Below are positions 9,474 to 19,137 of a stretch of DNA of 64,000 bases, piece after piece. The DNA lies in assembly GCA_035636595.1 (NCBI GenBank), contig DASPYU010000016.1, positions 193,518 through 257,517 on the forward strand, read 5' to 3'. Origin of the DNA: Thermoplasmata archaeon. GTDB taxonomy: Archaea; Thermoplasmatota; Thermoplasmata; RBG-16-68-12. The position numbers and the translations under genes are program-made. Under the pieces are notes generated by a model, which did not search any database, was not told the DNA's origin, and saw nothing but the letters and a program-made list of their open reading frames with translations. Each line of letters begins with the position of its first letter. Position 1 is the first letter of the stretch.

Positions 9474-10790
9474 TCAACCACCTGCGTCGATCCGCTGAAC
9501 TCGTCGCGAAAGCGCCCACATAACCGCGAGGCCAGCCGCGGCGATGAGGAGGCTGACCGCCAGAAGGGGACCGATGAACGGGAGGAGGCCCGCTGATACG
9601 ATGAGGGAAATCCACGGGAGCGCCCGGCGAGCCCCGCGCTCCTTCAGGAGCCGAATCCCGGCCACGGAGCCGATGACATACGTGAGGATCGCCGCTCCAC
9701 TCGCCATGAGGAAGGCGGAGACAAAGTCTACGCGGAGGAGGTAGAACGCTCCCAAACTGGCGAGGACCATGACGATCAGGAAATTGAGCGCGTGCCGAGG
9801 AGCGCCGGTCTTCGGGTCGATTCGCGCAAGGGACCGCGGAAAGACCCCGTCCCGGGCCGCGGCGAAATACACCCGCGCCATCCCCGCGGAATACGCATTA
9901 ACGGTGCCGAACGTGACGAAGACGGCGAGGAGGGCAACGACGGCCCCGGCGTAGGCTCCAAAGGCGTCCGACACCATCGCGGCAAAGGGCGTGGCGCCTC
10001 CGCCCACCCGATACGCCGCCGTGCCAACGGTCACGACCGCGACGCCAACGTACAGGACGCTGACCAGGACGACGCTGATGACCACGCTCCGATGGAAGTC
10101 CCGCTTCGGATCCTGAAACTCCTCGGCGACATTGGACGTGTTCTCGTATCCGAGGTACGACCAGACGATGAGGGCCGCGGCCGTTCCGATCGATGCGAGT
10201 CCGTTCGGGAGGAAGGGCGAGTAATTCGCCGGCGAAGTCCGCGGAGCCGACGCGACGACCGCGACCGCGAGGGCTGCGAGGATTGCAACCACGGTGGCGA
10301 TCTGAACACGCCCGCTGAAACGGATTCCAAGGTAGTTGACGACAAACGCGGCGAGCAGGATTCCGGCCGCCACGAGGAAGATGTCCTCGCGCGAGAGCGG
10401 ATAGACGTAGACGAGGTACGACGCGGCCGCCAGGGTCGCCGCGGGTGCCCCGATCGCGGCCCATGCCAGGAAGAGCCATGCGGTTGCGGCGCTCGCGCCT
10501 GCTCCGATTCCCTCTCGCGCGAACGCGTAGATCCCGCCGGACTCCGGCCTCCGGGCCGAGAGCTTCGCGAACGTGTAGGCGAACGGGTAGCTTGCAAGGG
10601 ACAGGAGGATCCACGAGACGATGGAGGCGGGCCCCGCGATTTGCGCGGCGAGCCCGGGGATGACGAAGATCCCGGATCCGAGGAGGGAACTCACATAGAG
10701 GGCGACGGCATGGCGGAGCGTGATGACCCGGTGGAGCGCTGGCTGCGGCGCAGGATGTCCCACGGCGCTCGATGCGTCCCGGTCCCGCGG
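9474..10790 (-). CDS. APC-family amino acid permease (start approximate)
   Basis: Multi-TM protein. The N-terminal region of the track ORF (to 10910) is non-membrane and Arg-rich. The conserved start of this family (ITLRHAVALYVSSLLGSGIF) maps near 10790 with no nearby ATG. Confidence 0.75.
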   Translation of the reverse strand, partial: PRDRDASSAVGHPAPQPALHRVITLRHAVALYVSSLLGSGIFVIPGLAAQIAGPASIVSWILLSLASYPFAYTFAKLSARRPESGGIYAFAREGIGAGASAATAWLFLAWAAIGAPAATLAAASYLVYVYPLSREDIFLVAAGILLAAFVVNYLGIRFSGRVQIATVVAILAALAVAVVASAPRTSPANYSPFLPNGLASIGTAAALIVWSYLGYENTSNVAEEFQDPKRDFHRSVVISVVLVSVLYVGVAVVTVGTAAYRVGGGATPFAAMVSDAFGAYAGAVVALLAVFVTFGTVNAYSAGMARVYFAAARDGVFPRSLARIDPKTGAPRHALNFLIVMVLASLGAFYLLRVDFVSAFLMASGAAILTYVIGSVAGIRLLKERGARRALPWISLIVSAGLLPFIGPLLAVSLLIAAAGLAVMWALSRRVQRIDAGG

Positions 10791-10930
10791 CAACGGGTTC
10801 CCCCTTTCACGTCGGCCATCGCCGGGCACGGGTCGCCGACACGACCGATAAACCCATAAGCCAATCGCAGCCACCGGATGGCCGGCCTGGGCTTCGAGTA
10901 CCAACGGCAAGAGGGCGCCGTCGGGCTAAG

Positions 10931-11002
10931 AGCCGCAGGGGGGAATTGAACCCCCGACCTGCGCCTTACCAAGGCGCCGCTCTACCCCTAAGCCACTGCG
11001 GC
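10931..11002 (-). tRNA. tRNA-Thr (anticodon GGU)
   Basis: Reverse complement folds as a cloverleaf: acceptor GCCGCAG/CTGCGGC, anticodon stem GCGCC/GGCGC with loop TTGGTAA, T-arm GTCGGGGGTTCAATTCCCCC. 72 nt. CCA not encoded. Confidence 0.85.
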
Positions 11003-11111
11003 AGCGGAGCGAGCCAAAGGGTCGAACTTACTTCAGGCTATCGGACTCCTCCGAGAAATCGGTCTCGCGGACCAATCATTAAGTAACGCACGGGACTTCG
11101 CATCGGTCGAG

Positions 11112-12992
11112 ATGAAGACCGGGCTGTCTTCCTTCGACATCCGTGCTCTTATTGCGGAGTGGCAAGGGTTGGTCGGAGGCCACATCGACAAGGTCTACCA
11201 AGCGGGAGACGAAGTGATCGTTCGCATCAACGTGAGCGGTGGCGGAAAAGTCGAATTGTTCTCCAAGTCGGGCCGCTGGCTCTGCCTCCACGAGGTCGAG
11301 AACAAACCGGAATCGCCCCCGCCTTTCGCGCAGGCCCTTCGCCGCATGCTCGACAACGCCCGCGTCCAAGCCGTCGAGCAAAAGGGCTTCGATCGCATTG
11401 TAATCTTCCGCCTCGAACGGGGGGCCGACGCCTTCGAGCTGGTAATCGAACTGTTCGGCAAAGGAAACATCGTGGTCGTGAAGTCCGGGACGGCAGCCGC
11501 GGCGCTCTTCCCGCAGACCTTCAAGGATCGCAGGGTCGAGGTCGGCGAGGCGTATGCATTCCCCGCCGCGGGAGTGGACCTGCTCGAACTCGATCGGGTA
11601 GGCTTTGCGAACGCGGTCCGCGATGCGAAAGGCCAGGTGGTCCGCGTCCTCGCCGGGGTCCTCAATCTCGGCGGCCCGTACGCGGAGGAGCTCTGTCTCC
11701 GCGCGAACCTGGACAAGGAGACGAGGGTGAAGGATCTCACGGATTCTCAGACGGACGCGCTCTACACGGCGCTGAACAACGTCGCCGTGGCGGTCGATGA
11801 GGAACGGAGATCGGCGGTCATCCTCCGGGACGGGAAGGCGATCGACGCGACTCCGATCGACCTCGTCCAACACAGCGGCCTCGAACGCCGCGAGTTCCCG
11901 ACGTTCAATGAGGCGGTCTCTCACTATCTGACGGTCGCGGAGCCCGAGGTGGCTGCCTCCGGGCGGGCCGACGCGAAATTCGAACGGCGTCTCGCCCAGC
12001 AGGAAGAATCCCTGCGAACCTTACGCGAGGAGGCGATGCGTCTGGAGGCCCAGGCGGTCTTCCTATACGGCCACTACCCGGTCTTCGACGAACTGCTGAA
12101 GGCGATCCGCGAAGGCCGGCCGCCTGCGGAACATGGGCAGATCAAGGCGATCGACCGGAAGGAGCGCACCGTCACCCTGTCGATTGGCGACTTCGATGCG
12201 ATCACCCTGGGCTACGAGCAGGACGTGACGGCGAACGCGCAAGCCCTGTACGATCGCCGCAAAGAGGCGCAGATCAAAGCGCAGCGGGTCGAGGAGTCGA
12301 TCGCCGCGAGTCGCGCGGAGATGGAGGCCGCGCGCGCGAAGGCGGTGAAGGTCGCGAAGCGGCCGAAGCCGAAGGCGACGAAAGCTCTCTGGTTCGAGGC
12401 CTATCGATGGACGCTCTCCTCCGAAGGCTTCCTGATCCTCGGGGGGCGCGACGCCCGGACGAATGACCAGCTCGTGAAGAAGCACCTGAAGGAAGGGGAC
12501 CGCTACGCCCACGCGGACGTCCACGGCGCGCCCTCCACCGTCATCAAGGACGGATCGAAGGCCGGTGAGCCGACGCTGCGCGAGGCGTGCGAGTTCGCGC
12601 TCGCCTACAGCAAGGCTTGGTCCGCCGGCCTCGCGGGCGGGAGCGCGTTCTGGGTCCTGCCGGAACAGGTGTCGAAGCAGGCGGAGTCCGGCGAGTTCCT
12701 CCCGCGCGGCGCGTTCGTGATCCGCGGCAAACGCAACTACGTCCACGATCTCCCGATTCGGCTCGCCGTTGGGGAAGTCGAGGTCGAGGGCCACCGCAAG
12801 ATCATGGGCGGTCCCCTTTCCGCCGTCGTCGCGCGTGCCTCCCGCCACGTCGTCGTGATGCCAGGAAAAGAGGACCGCGAGGCCATTGCCAAGAGACTGG
12901 CCGCTGCATTTGCTGTCCCGATCGAGGAAATCGGTCGCGTCCTGCCCCCTGGCGGCGTCACCATCTCGGAGCGGCGCGGCCTCGAGATCTAG
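11112..12992 (+). CDS. archaeal ribosome quality control protein aRqcH (NFACT/FbpA-DUF814 family, Rqc2/NEMF homologue)
   Basis: 626 aa. N-terminal NFACT-N (MKTGLSSFDIRALIAEWQGLVGGHIDKVYQ). C-terminal DUF814 (ILGGRDARTNDQLVKKHLKEGDRYAHADVHGAPSTVIK). Confidence 0.85.
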   Translation: MKTGLSSFDIRALIAEWQGLVGGHIDKVYQAGDEVIVRINVSGGGKVELFSKSGRWLCLHEVENKPESPPPFAQALRRMLDNARVQAVEQKGFDRIVIFRLERGADAFELVIELFGKGNIVVVKSGTAAAALFPQTFKDRRVEVGEAYAFPAAGVDLLELDRVGFANAVRDAKGQVVRVLAGVLNLGGPYAEELCLRANLDKETRVKDLTDSQTDALYTALNNVAVAVDEERRSAVILRDGKAIDATPIDLVQHSGLERREFPTFNEAVSHYLTVAEPEVAASGRADAKFERRLAQQEESLRTLREEAMRLEAQAVFLYGHYPVFDELLKAIREGRPPAEHGQIKAIDRKERTVTLSIGDFDAITLGYEQDVTANAQALYDRRKEAQIKAQRVEESIAASRAEMEAARAKAVKVAKRPKPKATKALWFEAYRWTLSSEGFLILGGRDARTNDQLVKKHLKEGDRYAHADVHGAPSTVIKDGSKAGEPTLREACEFALAYSKAWSAGLAGGSAFWVLPEQVSKQAESGEFLPRGAFVIRGKRNYVHDLPIRLAVGEVEVEGHRKIMGGPLSAVVARASRHVVVMPGKEDREAIAKRLAAAFAVPIEEIGRVLPPGGVTISERRGLEI

Positions 12993-13067
12993 CCGCGTCG
13001 GGCCGTCGCATCGGCAAGCCCTATACGGTCGACTGACATACCGCGCCAGCGGGTTTTGGAGGATCGC

Positions 13068-14366
13068 ATGACGCAAGCCGATGCCCTCGTCGTGTCTCTT
13101 CCCGAGGACGAGCGGCCGACGAAGTGGTACAACATCCAAGCGGACCTTCCGGAACCGCTCCCCCCGCCGAAGGATCCGGCGACGGGGCCCTCCCGTATCA
13201 AGGCGTTGCCGGAACTGCTCGTCGGCGAGTGCCTCCGCCAGGAGAACTCGACCTCCCGATGGATCGACATTCCTCCCGAGATCCAGGAGCTCTACGTTCA
13301 GGCGGGCCGGCCTCGCCCGCTGATCCGCGCCCGACGGCTCGAGAAGCGACTCGGCACGCCGGCGCGGCTCTACTACAAGACGGAGTTCTACAGCCCGACG
13401 GGCAGCCACAAGGTGAACACGGCGCTCGCGCAGGCGTGGTACGCGAAGCGGGAAGGATACGAGCGACTCACGACGGAAACCGGCGCGGGCCAGTGGGGGA
13501 CCGCGCTCGCGTACGCCGCGAGCCTCGTCGGCCTGAAGACGACGATCTACTGGGTGCGCGCGGTCCACGATTGGAAGGTCCAGCGTCGGCAGTTCATGCA
13601 TCTCTATGGGGCGACGGTGCACGCCTCGCCGAGTCCGGAGACCGCGGTGGGTCGCGGCCTCCTCGCGAAAGACCCGCACCATCCGGGTTCTCTCGGCATC
13701 GCGGTGTCGGAGGGGCTCGAAGATGCCCGCGGTGACGAGAAGGCGATCTACTGCCTCGGATCGGTCCTCAATCATGTGCTCCTGCATCAAACGGTCATCG
13801 GCCTGGAGACGCAGCGGCAGTTCGAGCACGTTGGCGAGTATCCCGACGTCATGGTCTCGAGCCTCGGTGGCGGCTCGAACTTCGGCGGCTTCACGTTGCC
13901 CTTCTTCGTGGATGCGTTCCACGGCAAAGAGATCCGATTCATCGCGGCGCAGAGCGCCGCGGCGCCGAACCTTCAGGGAGAATACCGCTACGACTTCGCG
14001 GACCACGCGGAGATGACGCCGCTCCTGAAGATGTACACGCTCGGCCACAAGACGGAGATGAAGCCGGTCAAAGGAGACGGCCTGCGGTACCATGGATGCT
14101 CGCCGATCCTCTCGCTGCTCCGCCACCGCGGGCTCATCGACACGATCGCCTACCCGAGCGACGAGAAGCACGTGTTCGAGCGCGCCCGCATGTTCGTGCA
14201 GGCGGAGGGGTTCCTGCCTGCGCCCGAGAGTGCGTACAGCATCGCATGCGCGATCGACGAGGCGCTGAAATGCAAGGAGTCCAGCGAGGCGAAGGTCATC
14301 GCGTTCAACGTGAGCGGTCACGGCTTCATGGACATGGAAGGCTACGCCGACGTCTTGGGCCTCTGA
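13068..14366 (+). CDS. trpB: TrpB2-type tryptophan synthase beta-like PLP enzyme
   Basis: KTEFYSPTGSHKVNTA (PLP lysine), GAGQWGTALA, GGGSNFGG. Length and insertions are typical of stand-alone TrpB2. ATG 13068 is preceded by GGAGG. Track start TTG 13056. The 752-aa antisense ORF is an artefact. Confidence 0.9.
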   Translation: MTQADALVVSLPEDERPTKWYNIQADLPEPLPPPKDPATGPSRIKALPELLVGECLRQENSTSRWIDIPPEIQELYVQAGRPRPLIRARRLEKRLGTPARLYYKTEFYSPTGSHKVNTALAQAWYAKREGYERLTTETGAGQWGTALAYAASLVGLKTTIYWVRAVHDWKVQRRQFMHLYGATVHASPSPETAVGRGLLAKDPHHPGSLGIAVSEGLEDARGDEKAIYCLGSVLNHVLLHQTVIGLETQRQFEHVGEYPDVMVSSLGGGSNFGGFTLPFFVDAFHGKEIRFIAAQSAAAPNLQGEYRYDFADHAEMTPLLKMYTLGHKTEMKPVKGDGLRYHGCSPILSLLRHRGLIDTIAYPSDEKHVFERARMFVQAEGFLPAPESAYSIACAIDEALKCKESSEAKVIAFNVSGHGFMDMEGYADVLGL

Positions 14367-14442
14367 AAGCGAGGGCTTCCCGCATCAAGTTCATATCCGA
14401 CCTCCGGGTCCTTGAGGACGCCCAGTGTGGGGAGTGGAGTCC

Positions 14443-15324
14443 ATGGGAGCGTACCTGAGGACCTTTGCCCTGTTCGTCCTGCTCACGGCGATCTTCGTCT
14501 TCTTCGGATGGGTCATCGGCTCGTTCTGGCTCGACAACCCGATCGGCGGCATCGTGACGTTCCTCGGGCTCGCGGCGGCGATGAACGCGATCGCGTACTT
14601 CGCCTCGGATCGGATCGTCCTCTGGTCCTATCACGCGAAGCTCGTGACGGAAGCGGAAGCGCCCGGCGTGTACCGCATCGTCCGTGAGGTCACCCAGCAG
14701 GCGAACCTCCCGATGCCCAAGGTCGCGATCATCCCGACGCAGACGCCGAACGCGATGGCGACGGGACGGAACCCGAAACACGCGGTCGTCGCGGTGACGG
14801 ACGGGATCCTCCATTTGCTGAGCGAGGACGAGCTGCGCGGCGTCTTGGCGCACGAGGTCTCCCACGTCCGGAACCGGGACATCCTCGTGATCTCGGTCGC
14901 GGCGACCCTCGCCGGCGCGATCTCGTTCATGGCCCGGATGTTCGGCTGGAACATGCTCTTCGGGGGCTCGCGGGACCGCAACGGGAACGCGGCCACGCTC
15001 ATCCTCGCCGTCGTGGGGATGGTCCTCGCGCCAATCGCAGCGCTCCTCGTACAGCTCGCAATCTCCCGCAGCCGCGAGTACAAGGCGGACTACAGCGGTG
15101 CGAAGACGATCGGCCAACCGCTCGCTCTCGCTTCGGCGCTCGAGAAGCTCGAGGTCGCGAACAAGCGCCGACCCTTGACGTTCGGGAGCCCGGCATCGCA
15201 GAGCCTGTTCATCGTGAACCCGTTCGCGGGCGGCGCCTTCGTGCGGATGTTCAGCACGCACCCGCCGATCCAGGAGCGGATTGCGCGGCTTCACGCCCTC
15301 GCACAGGGCGTGGACCGCTACTGA
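14443..15324 (+). CDS. htpX: HtpX-type M48 zinc metalloprotease
   Basis: Two N-terminal TM helices, HEVSHVRNRD (HExxH) and a downstream E-containing helix. ATG 14443 with SD-like GGAGTGGAG upstream. Confidence 0.9.
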   Translation: MGAYLRTFALFVLLTAIFVFFGWVIGSFWLDNPIGGIVTFLGLAAAMNAIAYFASDRIVLWSYHAKLVTEAEAPGVYRIVREVTQQANLPMPKVAIIPTQTPNAMATGRNPKHAVVAVTDGILHLLSEDELRGVLAHEVSHVRNRDILVISVAATLAGAISFMARMFGWNMLFGGSRDRNGNAATLILAVVGMVLAPIAALLVQLAISRSREYKADYSGAKTIGQPLALASALEKLEVANKRRPLTFGSPASQSLFIVNPFAGGAFVRMFSTHPPIQERIARLHALAQGVDRY

Positions 15325-15326
15325 AT

Positions 15327-15776
15327 TCAGCCGAACTCGTGCCCGACGTGGCGCCCATGCCGGGCGTCGAGGTCGCGGATCTGATCCCGCACGTCGACGT
15401 TCGGCTCAAGGACCTCGAACTCCTCGAGGTAGTTGCGATCTTTATAGAGGACCGTCGTGCGGCCGTCCTTCACCATCCGGATGACGAGGTTCAGGTCCCC
15501 ACCACCCTCCGGACCTTCGTACAGGGTGTAGAACCCGAGGAAGTGACCAATGATCTCCTCGAACCCGGAGTGCGGATAGTAGAACCGGAGCCGGACGCGG
15601 TCCCCGGGAAAGATGTCCATCTTGTCGAGGAGCTTGTCGTCGAGGACCCCGGCCTTCTTGAGGATGCGGCGTTCCTCCGTGATGTCGTCCTTCGTCTCCA
15701 CCATGCGCCGGGCGAGAGAGCCGCCGTTCCGCTTAAACCAGCGCCTCGTTCTCGCCGCGAGAGCCGCCACGGTCAC
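15327..15776 (-). CDS. hypothetical protein
   Basis: 149-aa ORF with plausible composition (LRFYYPHSGFEEIIGHFLGFYTLYEG). No recognisable domain. Confidence 0.4.
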   Translation of the reverse strand: MTVAALAARTRRWFKRNGGSLARRMVETKDDITEERRILKKAGVLDDKLLDKMDIFPGDRVRLRFYYPHSGFEEIIGHFLGFYTLYEGPEGGGDLNLVIRMVKDGRTTVLYKDRNYLEEFEVLEPNVDVRDQIRDLDARHGRHVGHEFG

Positions 15777-16326
15777 TCGACTCGGGGGAACTGCGAGTCT
15801 CGGCGATCCGCCTCCAACCAGCCCAGCGGCGCTCGATGGCGTAGTCCAGGGACCATCGGCTTGGGCCGAACGTGGCGTTGATGACCAGGAGCAAGAGGAA
15901 CACGAAGGCGTAGATGATCCCCGTCCCGATGTCCGTTGAACTGGGACCGTAGGGACCTCCGAACCCCTCGGGCACGGACCAAATCACGAGGCTCAGGAAG
16001 ATCCCACCCGTGTATGCGATCTTCCGCATGAATCCGAAGAGAAGGGCGAAGGCGAGGGACAGCTCCAGTAGGCCGATCGTCGTCGAGAAGAGACCGGGGT
16101 TCGCGCTCACGGTCTGGCTCCAGAAGGCGAACCACGGCTGAAGCCACCCGGGCTGGCCCTGGCCGGCGTCGGAGACCATCTGAGGCAGCGAGTCCGCGAC
16201 CCCGGGCTGGAATTTCAGAGCGCCGTCAATGGCCCAAACGAAACCGAAGACCACTCGGACCGCGGTCTTAAGGAACCCCATGTGCCGCACAAACCAGTTA
16301 TCCAAGGATGCCTGGAAGGAAGCCAT
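15733..16326 (-). CDS. DoxX-like integral membrane protein
   Basis: 197 aa, four hydrophobic segments. DoxX-like pattern (AIDGALKF...LLELSLAFALLFG). Confidence 0.55.
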   Translation of the reverse strand: MASFQASLDNWFVRHMGFLKTAVRVVFGFVWAIDGALKFQPGVADSLPQMVSDAGQGQPGWLQPWFAFWSQTVSANPGLFSTTIGLLELSLAFALLFGFMRKIAYTGGIFLSLVIWSVPEGFGGPYGPSSTDIGTGIIYAFVFLLLLVINATFGPSRWSLDYAIERRWAGWRRIAETRSSPESSDRGGSRGENEALV

Positions 16327-16440
16327 CGTAGCGCCTCGCGCGATCGACCGGTCGCCCGATACTTGAAGGACCGGTAGGTATCGACCGTACGGCCGAGAGG
16401 AGCGACCTCTCGCCGGGACGCGGAGGCCGCCCGGAACGGA

Positions 16441-17916
16441 TCAGGCGTCCATGTACCGGTAGAACTCGTACGGCGAGGGCCGGAGCGAGGTCTGCAGGTG
16501 CTCGTCGAGCTTCAGCTCCTCGTACTTCTCGAGCAGGTCCTGCGGGAACACGGACTTGAGGAACATGTAGTCCGTCTGCAGGTGCTCGATCGACTCCTTC
16601 AGGGAGCCGGGCAGCTCGCGGACACCGTACTCCTTGCGCTTGCTCGCGCTCAGGTGGTACAGGTCCTCGTCGACCGGATCGCCCGGATCGAGCTTCCGCT
16701 TGACGCCATCCAGGCCGGCGCACAGCATCGCTGCAAACGACAGGTACGGGTTGCACGCGGGGTCCGGCGTGCGGTACTCGATCCGCTTCGCCGCCTCAAT
16801 CCCTTGGTAATACATCGGGATGCGAATGTTCGCGCTCCGGTTCCGCTTGGACCAGGCGATGAACACGGGTGCCTCATAGCCCGGCACGAGCCGCCGGTAC
16901 GAGTTCGTCGTCGGGTTCGTGAAGGCGCACAGGCTGCGGGCGTGGTCCATCATGCCGCCGATGTAATAGCGGCAGGTCTGGCTGATCTCCGCGTACTCGT
17001 CCTCGGGGTCGTACATCATGTTCCTGCCTTTCGTCCAGAGGCTTTGGTGGACATGCATCCCGCTCGCGTTGTCGCCGAAGATCGGCTTTGGCATGAACGT
17101 CGCCATCATGCCCATCTTGTGGGCGACCATCTTCATGACGTAGCGGTACGTGACGACGTTGTCCGCCATCGGCACGAGTTCGTCGTAGCGCATGTCGATC
17201 TCGCACTGGCCGGCCGTCGCGACCTCGTGGTGGTGCGCATCGAGCGTCAGTCCGAAGTCGTCGATGAGGACGCGACACGCCTCGTTGCGGAAGTCTTGGA
17301 GGCTGTCGACCGGCGGCGCCGGGTAGTAGCCCTCCTTGAACCGGATCGGGAAATTCGTGCCGCTGCTCTGGCCCCACGGCGCCTCGCGCGAGACGATCTC
17401 GTAGCCCGCGCCGGCCCATGGGTTCCGCGCGGCGTCCGCGCTCGGGAGGAGACGAATCCCGTCGAACACGAAGAACTCGATCTCGGGACCCCAGTACGTG
17501 GTGTCGTAGCCTTGCTCGCCGGCGAACTGGGCGGCCTTCTGCGCCATGTACCGCGAATCGCGGGTGAAGCGCTCGTGGCTCCCGCCCTCGTACACGTCGA
17601 CGACGAACCGGGCGGTCTTGTGGGTGCCCTCGTACCACGGGAGGATCGCGAAACTGTTCGGGTCCGGGTTCATCACCATGTCCGACTCGTGGATCTCCTT
17701 GAAGCCCTTGATCGACGAGCCGTCGAGCTTGCCGACGCCCCTCTTGAACTCCTCCGGCCCGAGGGAGGTCGCGGGAATCGTGATGTGCTGCAGCGCGCCG
17801 AGCAGGTCCACGAACTGGAGGTCGATCCAGCGCACGCCTTCGCTCTCAATCCGTTTCAACACCGAAGCCACGGTCATCTTCGTCGTCTTCGCCGGAGTGC
17901 TCGAAGCGATTGCCAT
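16441..17916 (-). CDS. glnA: glutamine synthetase
   Basis: WIDLQFVDLLG, MCDTPWG-like core and adenylylation-loop region, about 490 aa. Track start is TTG 17922. First ATG is at 17916. An alternative start is MTVASV at 17877. Confidence 0.93.
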   Translation of the reverse strand: MAIASSTPAKTTKMTVASVLKRIESEGVRWIDLQFVDLLGALQHITIPATSLGPEEFKRGVGKLDGSSIKGFKEIHESDMVMNPDPNSFAILPWYEGTHKTARFVVDVYEGGSHERFTRDSRYMAQKAAQFAGEQGYDTTYWGPEIEFFVFDGIRLLPSADAARNPWAGAGYEIVSREAPWGQSSGTNFPIRFKEGYYPAPPVDSLQDFRNEACRVLIDDFGLTLDAHHHEVATAGQCEIDMRYDELVPMADNVVTYRYVMKMVAHKMGMMATFMPKPIFGDNASGMHVHQSLWTKGRNMMYDPEDEYAEISQTCRYYIGGMMDHARSLCAFTNPTTNSYRRLVPGYEAPVFIAWSKRNRSANIRIPMYYQGIEAAKRIEYRTPDPACNPYLSFAAMLCAGLDGVKRKLDPGDPVDEDLYHLSASKRKEYGVRELPGSLKESIEHLQTDYMFLKSVFPQDLLEKYEELKLDEHLQTSLRPSPYEFYRYMDA

Positions 17917-17928
17917 GCCCAACCCGCC

Positions 17929-17951
17929 CGAACGGACGCCGCGTCCGTTCG
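17929..17951. promoter_or_regulatory. 10-bp inverted repeat (CGAACGGACG-CCG-CGTCCGTTCG) between the glnA TATA box and start codon; candidate repressor operator
   Basis: Perfect palindrome seen directly. It lies about 26 nt downstream of the TATA box on the glnA strand, so it overlaps the predicted transcription start. Confidence 0.5.
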
Positions 17952-17976
17952 TCGTCTCTCGGCAGAAATGTGAACA

Positions 17977-17984
17977 TATATAAA
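17977..17984 (-). promoter_or_regulatory. archaeal TATA box (TTTATATA on minus strand) of the glnA promoter
   Basis: Consensus TTTATATA about 55–60 nt upstream of the glnA start codons, in the glnA/lrp divergent intergenic region. Confidence 0.55.
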
Positions 17985-18103
17985 CCGTTGGCTTCGCAAA
18001 TCGTACAGATGACCGGAATCCTCATATTCCACAGGACATTGTTCGGGAAACCCTGGGAGCGGGCCGCGCAATTCGAGCGTTCGACCGCCTCCGGACGGGA
18101 AGG

Positions 18104-18568
18104 ATGCCCATGGCCGCGCCTGCCGAACTCGACGACCTCGATGTGCGAATCCTCCGGCTGTTGAACGGCGACGCCCGCAAGTCGTTCCGCGAAATCTCGA
18201 AAGAGGTCGATGCGAGCATCAGCACGGTCTCCAGCCGGATCCGGAAGCTCGAGGAGGAAGGCGTGATCTCGGGCTACGCGCCGCTGCTCGCGGAGTCGAA
18301 GCTCGGCTACGATGTCCTCGCGGTCGTCGGCGTAAAGATCCACAAGGGCAAGCTCCTGGAGGTCCAGCGGCGGATCGCGAAGGACGAACGCGTCACGCAT
18401 GTGTACGACGTGACGGGGGAGTGGGACTCGATCGTCGTGGTCCGCCTTCGGACGACCCGCGAGCTCGATGCGTTCATCAAGCGACTCGGGTCGATGGAGT
18501 ACGTCGAGAACACCTACACGCAGGTCGTCCTAAACGTTGTCAAGGAGGAACGTCGGGTCCTCCTGTAA
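18104..18568 (+). CDS. lrp: Lrp/AsnC family transcriptional regulator
   Basis: LDDLDVRILRLLNGDARKSFREISKEVDASISTVSSRIRKLEEEGVI HTH plus a RAM domain. Divergent from glnA. GGAAGG SD upstream. Confidence 0.9.
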   Translation: MPMAAPAELDDLDVRILRLLNGDARKSFREISKEVDASISTVSSRIRKLEEEGVISGYAPLLAESKLGYDVLAVVGVKIHKGKLLEVQRRIAKDERVTHVYDVTGEWDSIVVVRLRTTRELDAFIKRLGSMEYVENTYTQVVLNVVKEERRVLL

Positions 18569-18638
18569 ACTACGAGGAATGCCTACACAACGTTTATGGC
18601 CGCACGCCCGGATATGTTCCAGGGGAGAGTGGAGGGGC

Positions 18639-19133
18639 ATGGCGGGCCTCCTGAATTTCGATCCGAACCGCGAGCTTGAGTTCAGCCCGGGACGCCCCTT
18701 GGAGTTCGATTCCCGCCGGCGCCTCGAGTTCGATGCGGGACGAGAGTTGGACTTCAACGAGGGTCGGGACCTCGGGTTCGGCCGCAGGGGCGTCGTGTTC
18801 CGCGGGTTCGTCTGCCCGATCTGCGGCGCCCTCGTGACGGAGGACGCGAAGCAGTGCAACGAGTGCGGCACCGTTTTCGACCGGGGCGCTCGAGCGGCGG
18901 CCCCGCCCGCCAAAGCCGCGCCGACTCCGCCCAAGACCGGGGGCCCGGCAGCTCCGACGCGCATCGCGGCGCCGCGGGAGGGCACCCAGTGCGCGTCTTG
19001 CGGTGCGAAGCTGAAGCGCGCGGACACGTTCTGTTGGAACTGCGGCAAGCGCGTGGCCGCGGCGACGGAGACGGTGAAGCTCCCGACGCAGAAAGTCCAG
19101 CCGGTCACCCGCGATTGGCGGGGGGAGAGGTGA
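18639..19133 (+). CDS. double zinc-ribbon protein with five tandem octapeptide (R-x-L-E/D-F) repeats
   Basis: From ATG 18639: MAGLLNFDPN, then RELEF-SPG-RPLEF-DSR-RRLEF-DAG-RELDF-NEG-RDLGF. Then CPICG...CNECG and CASCG...CWNCG zinc ribbons and a Pro/Ala-rich linker. The track ORF start 18537 overlaps lrp. Confidence 0.6.
   Translation: MAGLLNFDPNRELEFSPGRPLEFDSRRRLEFDAGRELDFNEGRDLGFGRRGVVFRGFVCPICGALVTEDAKQCNECGTVFDRGARAAAPPAKAAPTPPKTGGPAAPTRIAAPREGTQCASCGAKLKRADTFCWNCGKRVAAATETVKLPTQKVQPVTRDWRGER
18669..18779 (+). repeat. 5 x 24-bp in-frame tandem repeat encoding the R-x-L-E-F octapeptides
   Basis: Periodicity is visible in the translation and in the DNA (cgcgagcttgagttc / cgccccttggagttc / cgccggcgcctcgagttc ...). 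Confidence 0.6.
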
Positions 19134-19137
19134 GGCG

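Noticed and set aside
12063-14321. 752-aa minus-strand ORF
   Set aside because: Runs antisense to the well-supported TrpB2 gene. Arg/Ala/Leu-rich with no domain. A typical long antisense ORF in about 68% GC DNA.
16498-17973. 491-aa plus-strand ORF
   Set aside because: Antisense to glutamine synthetase.
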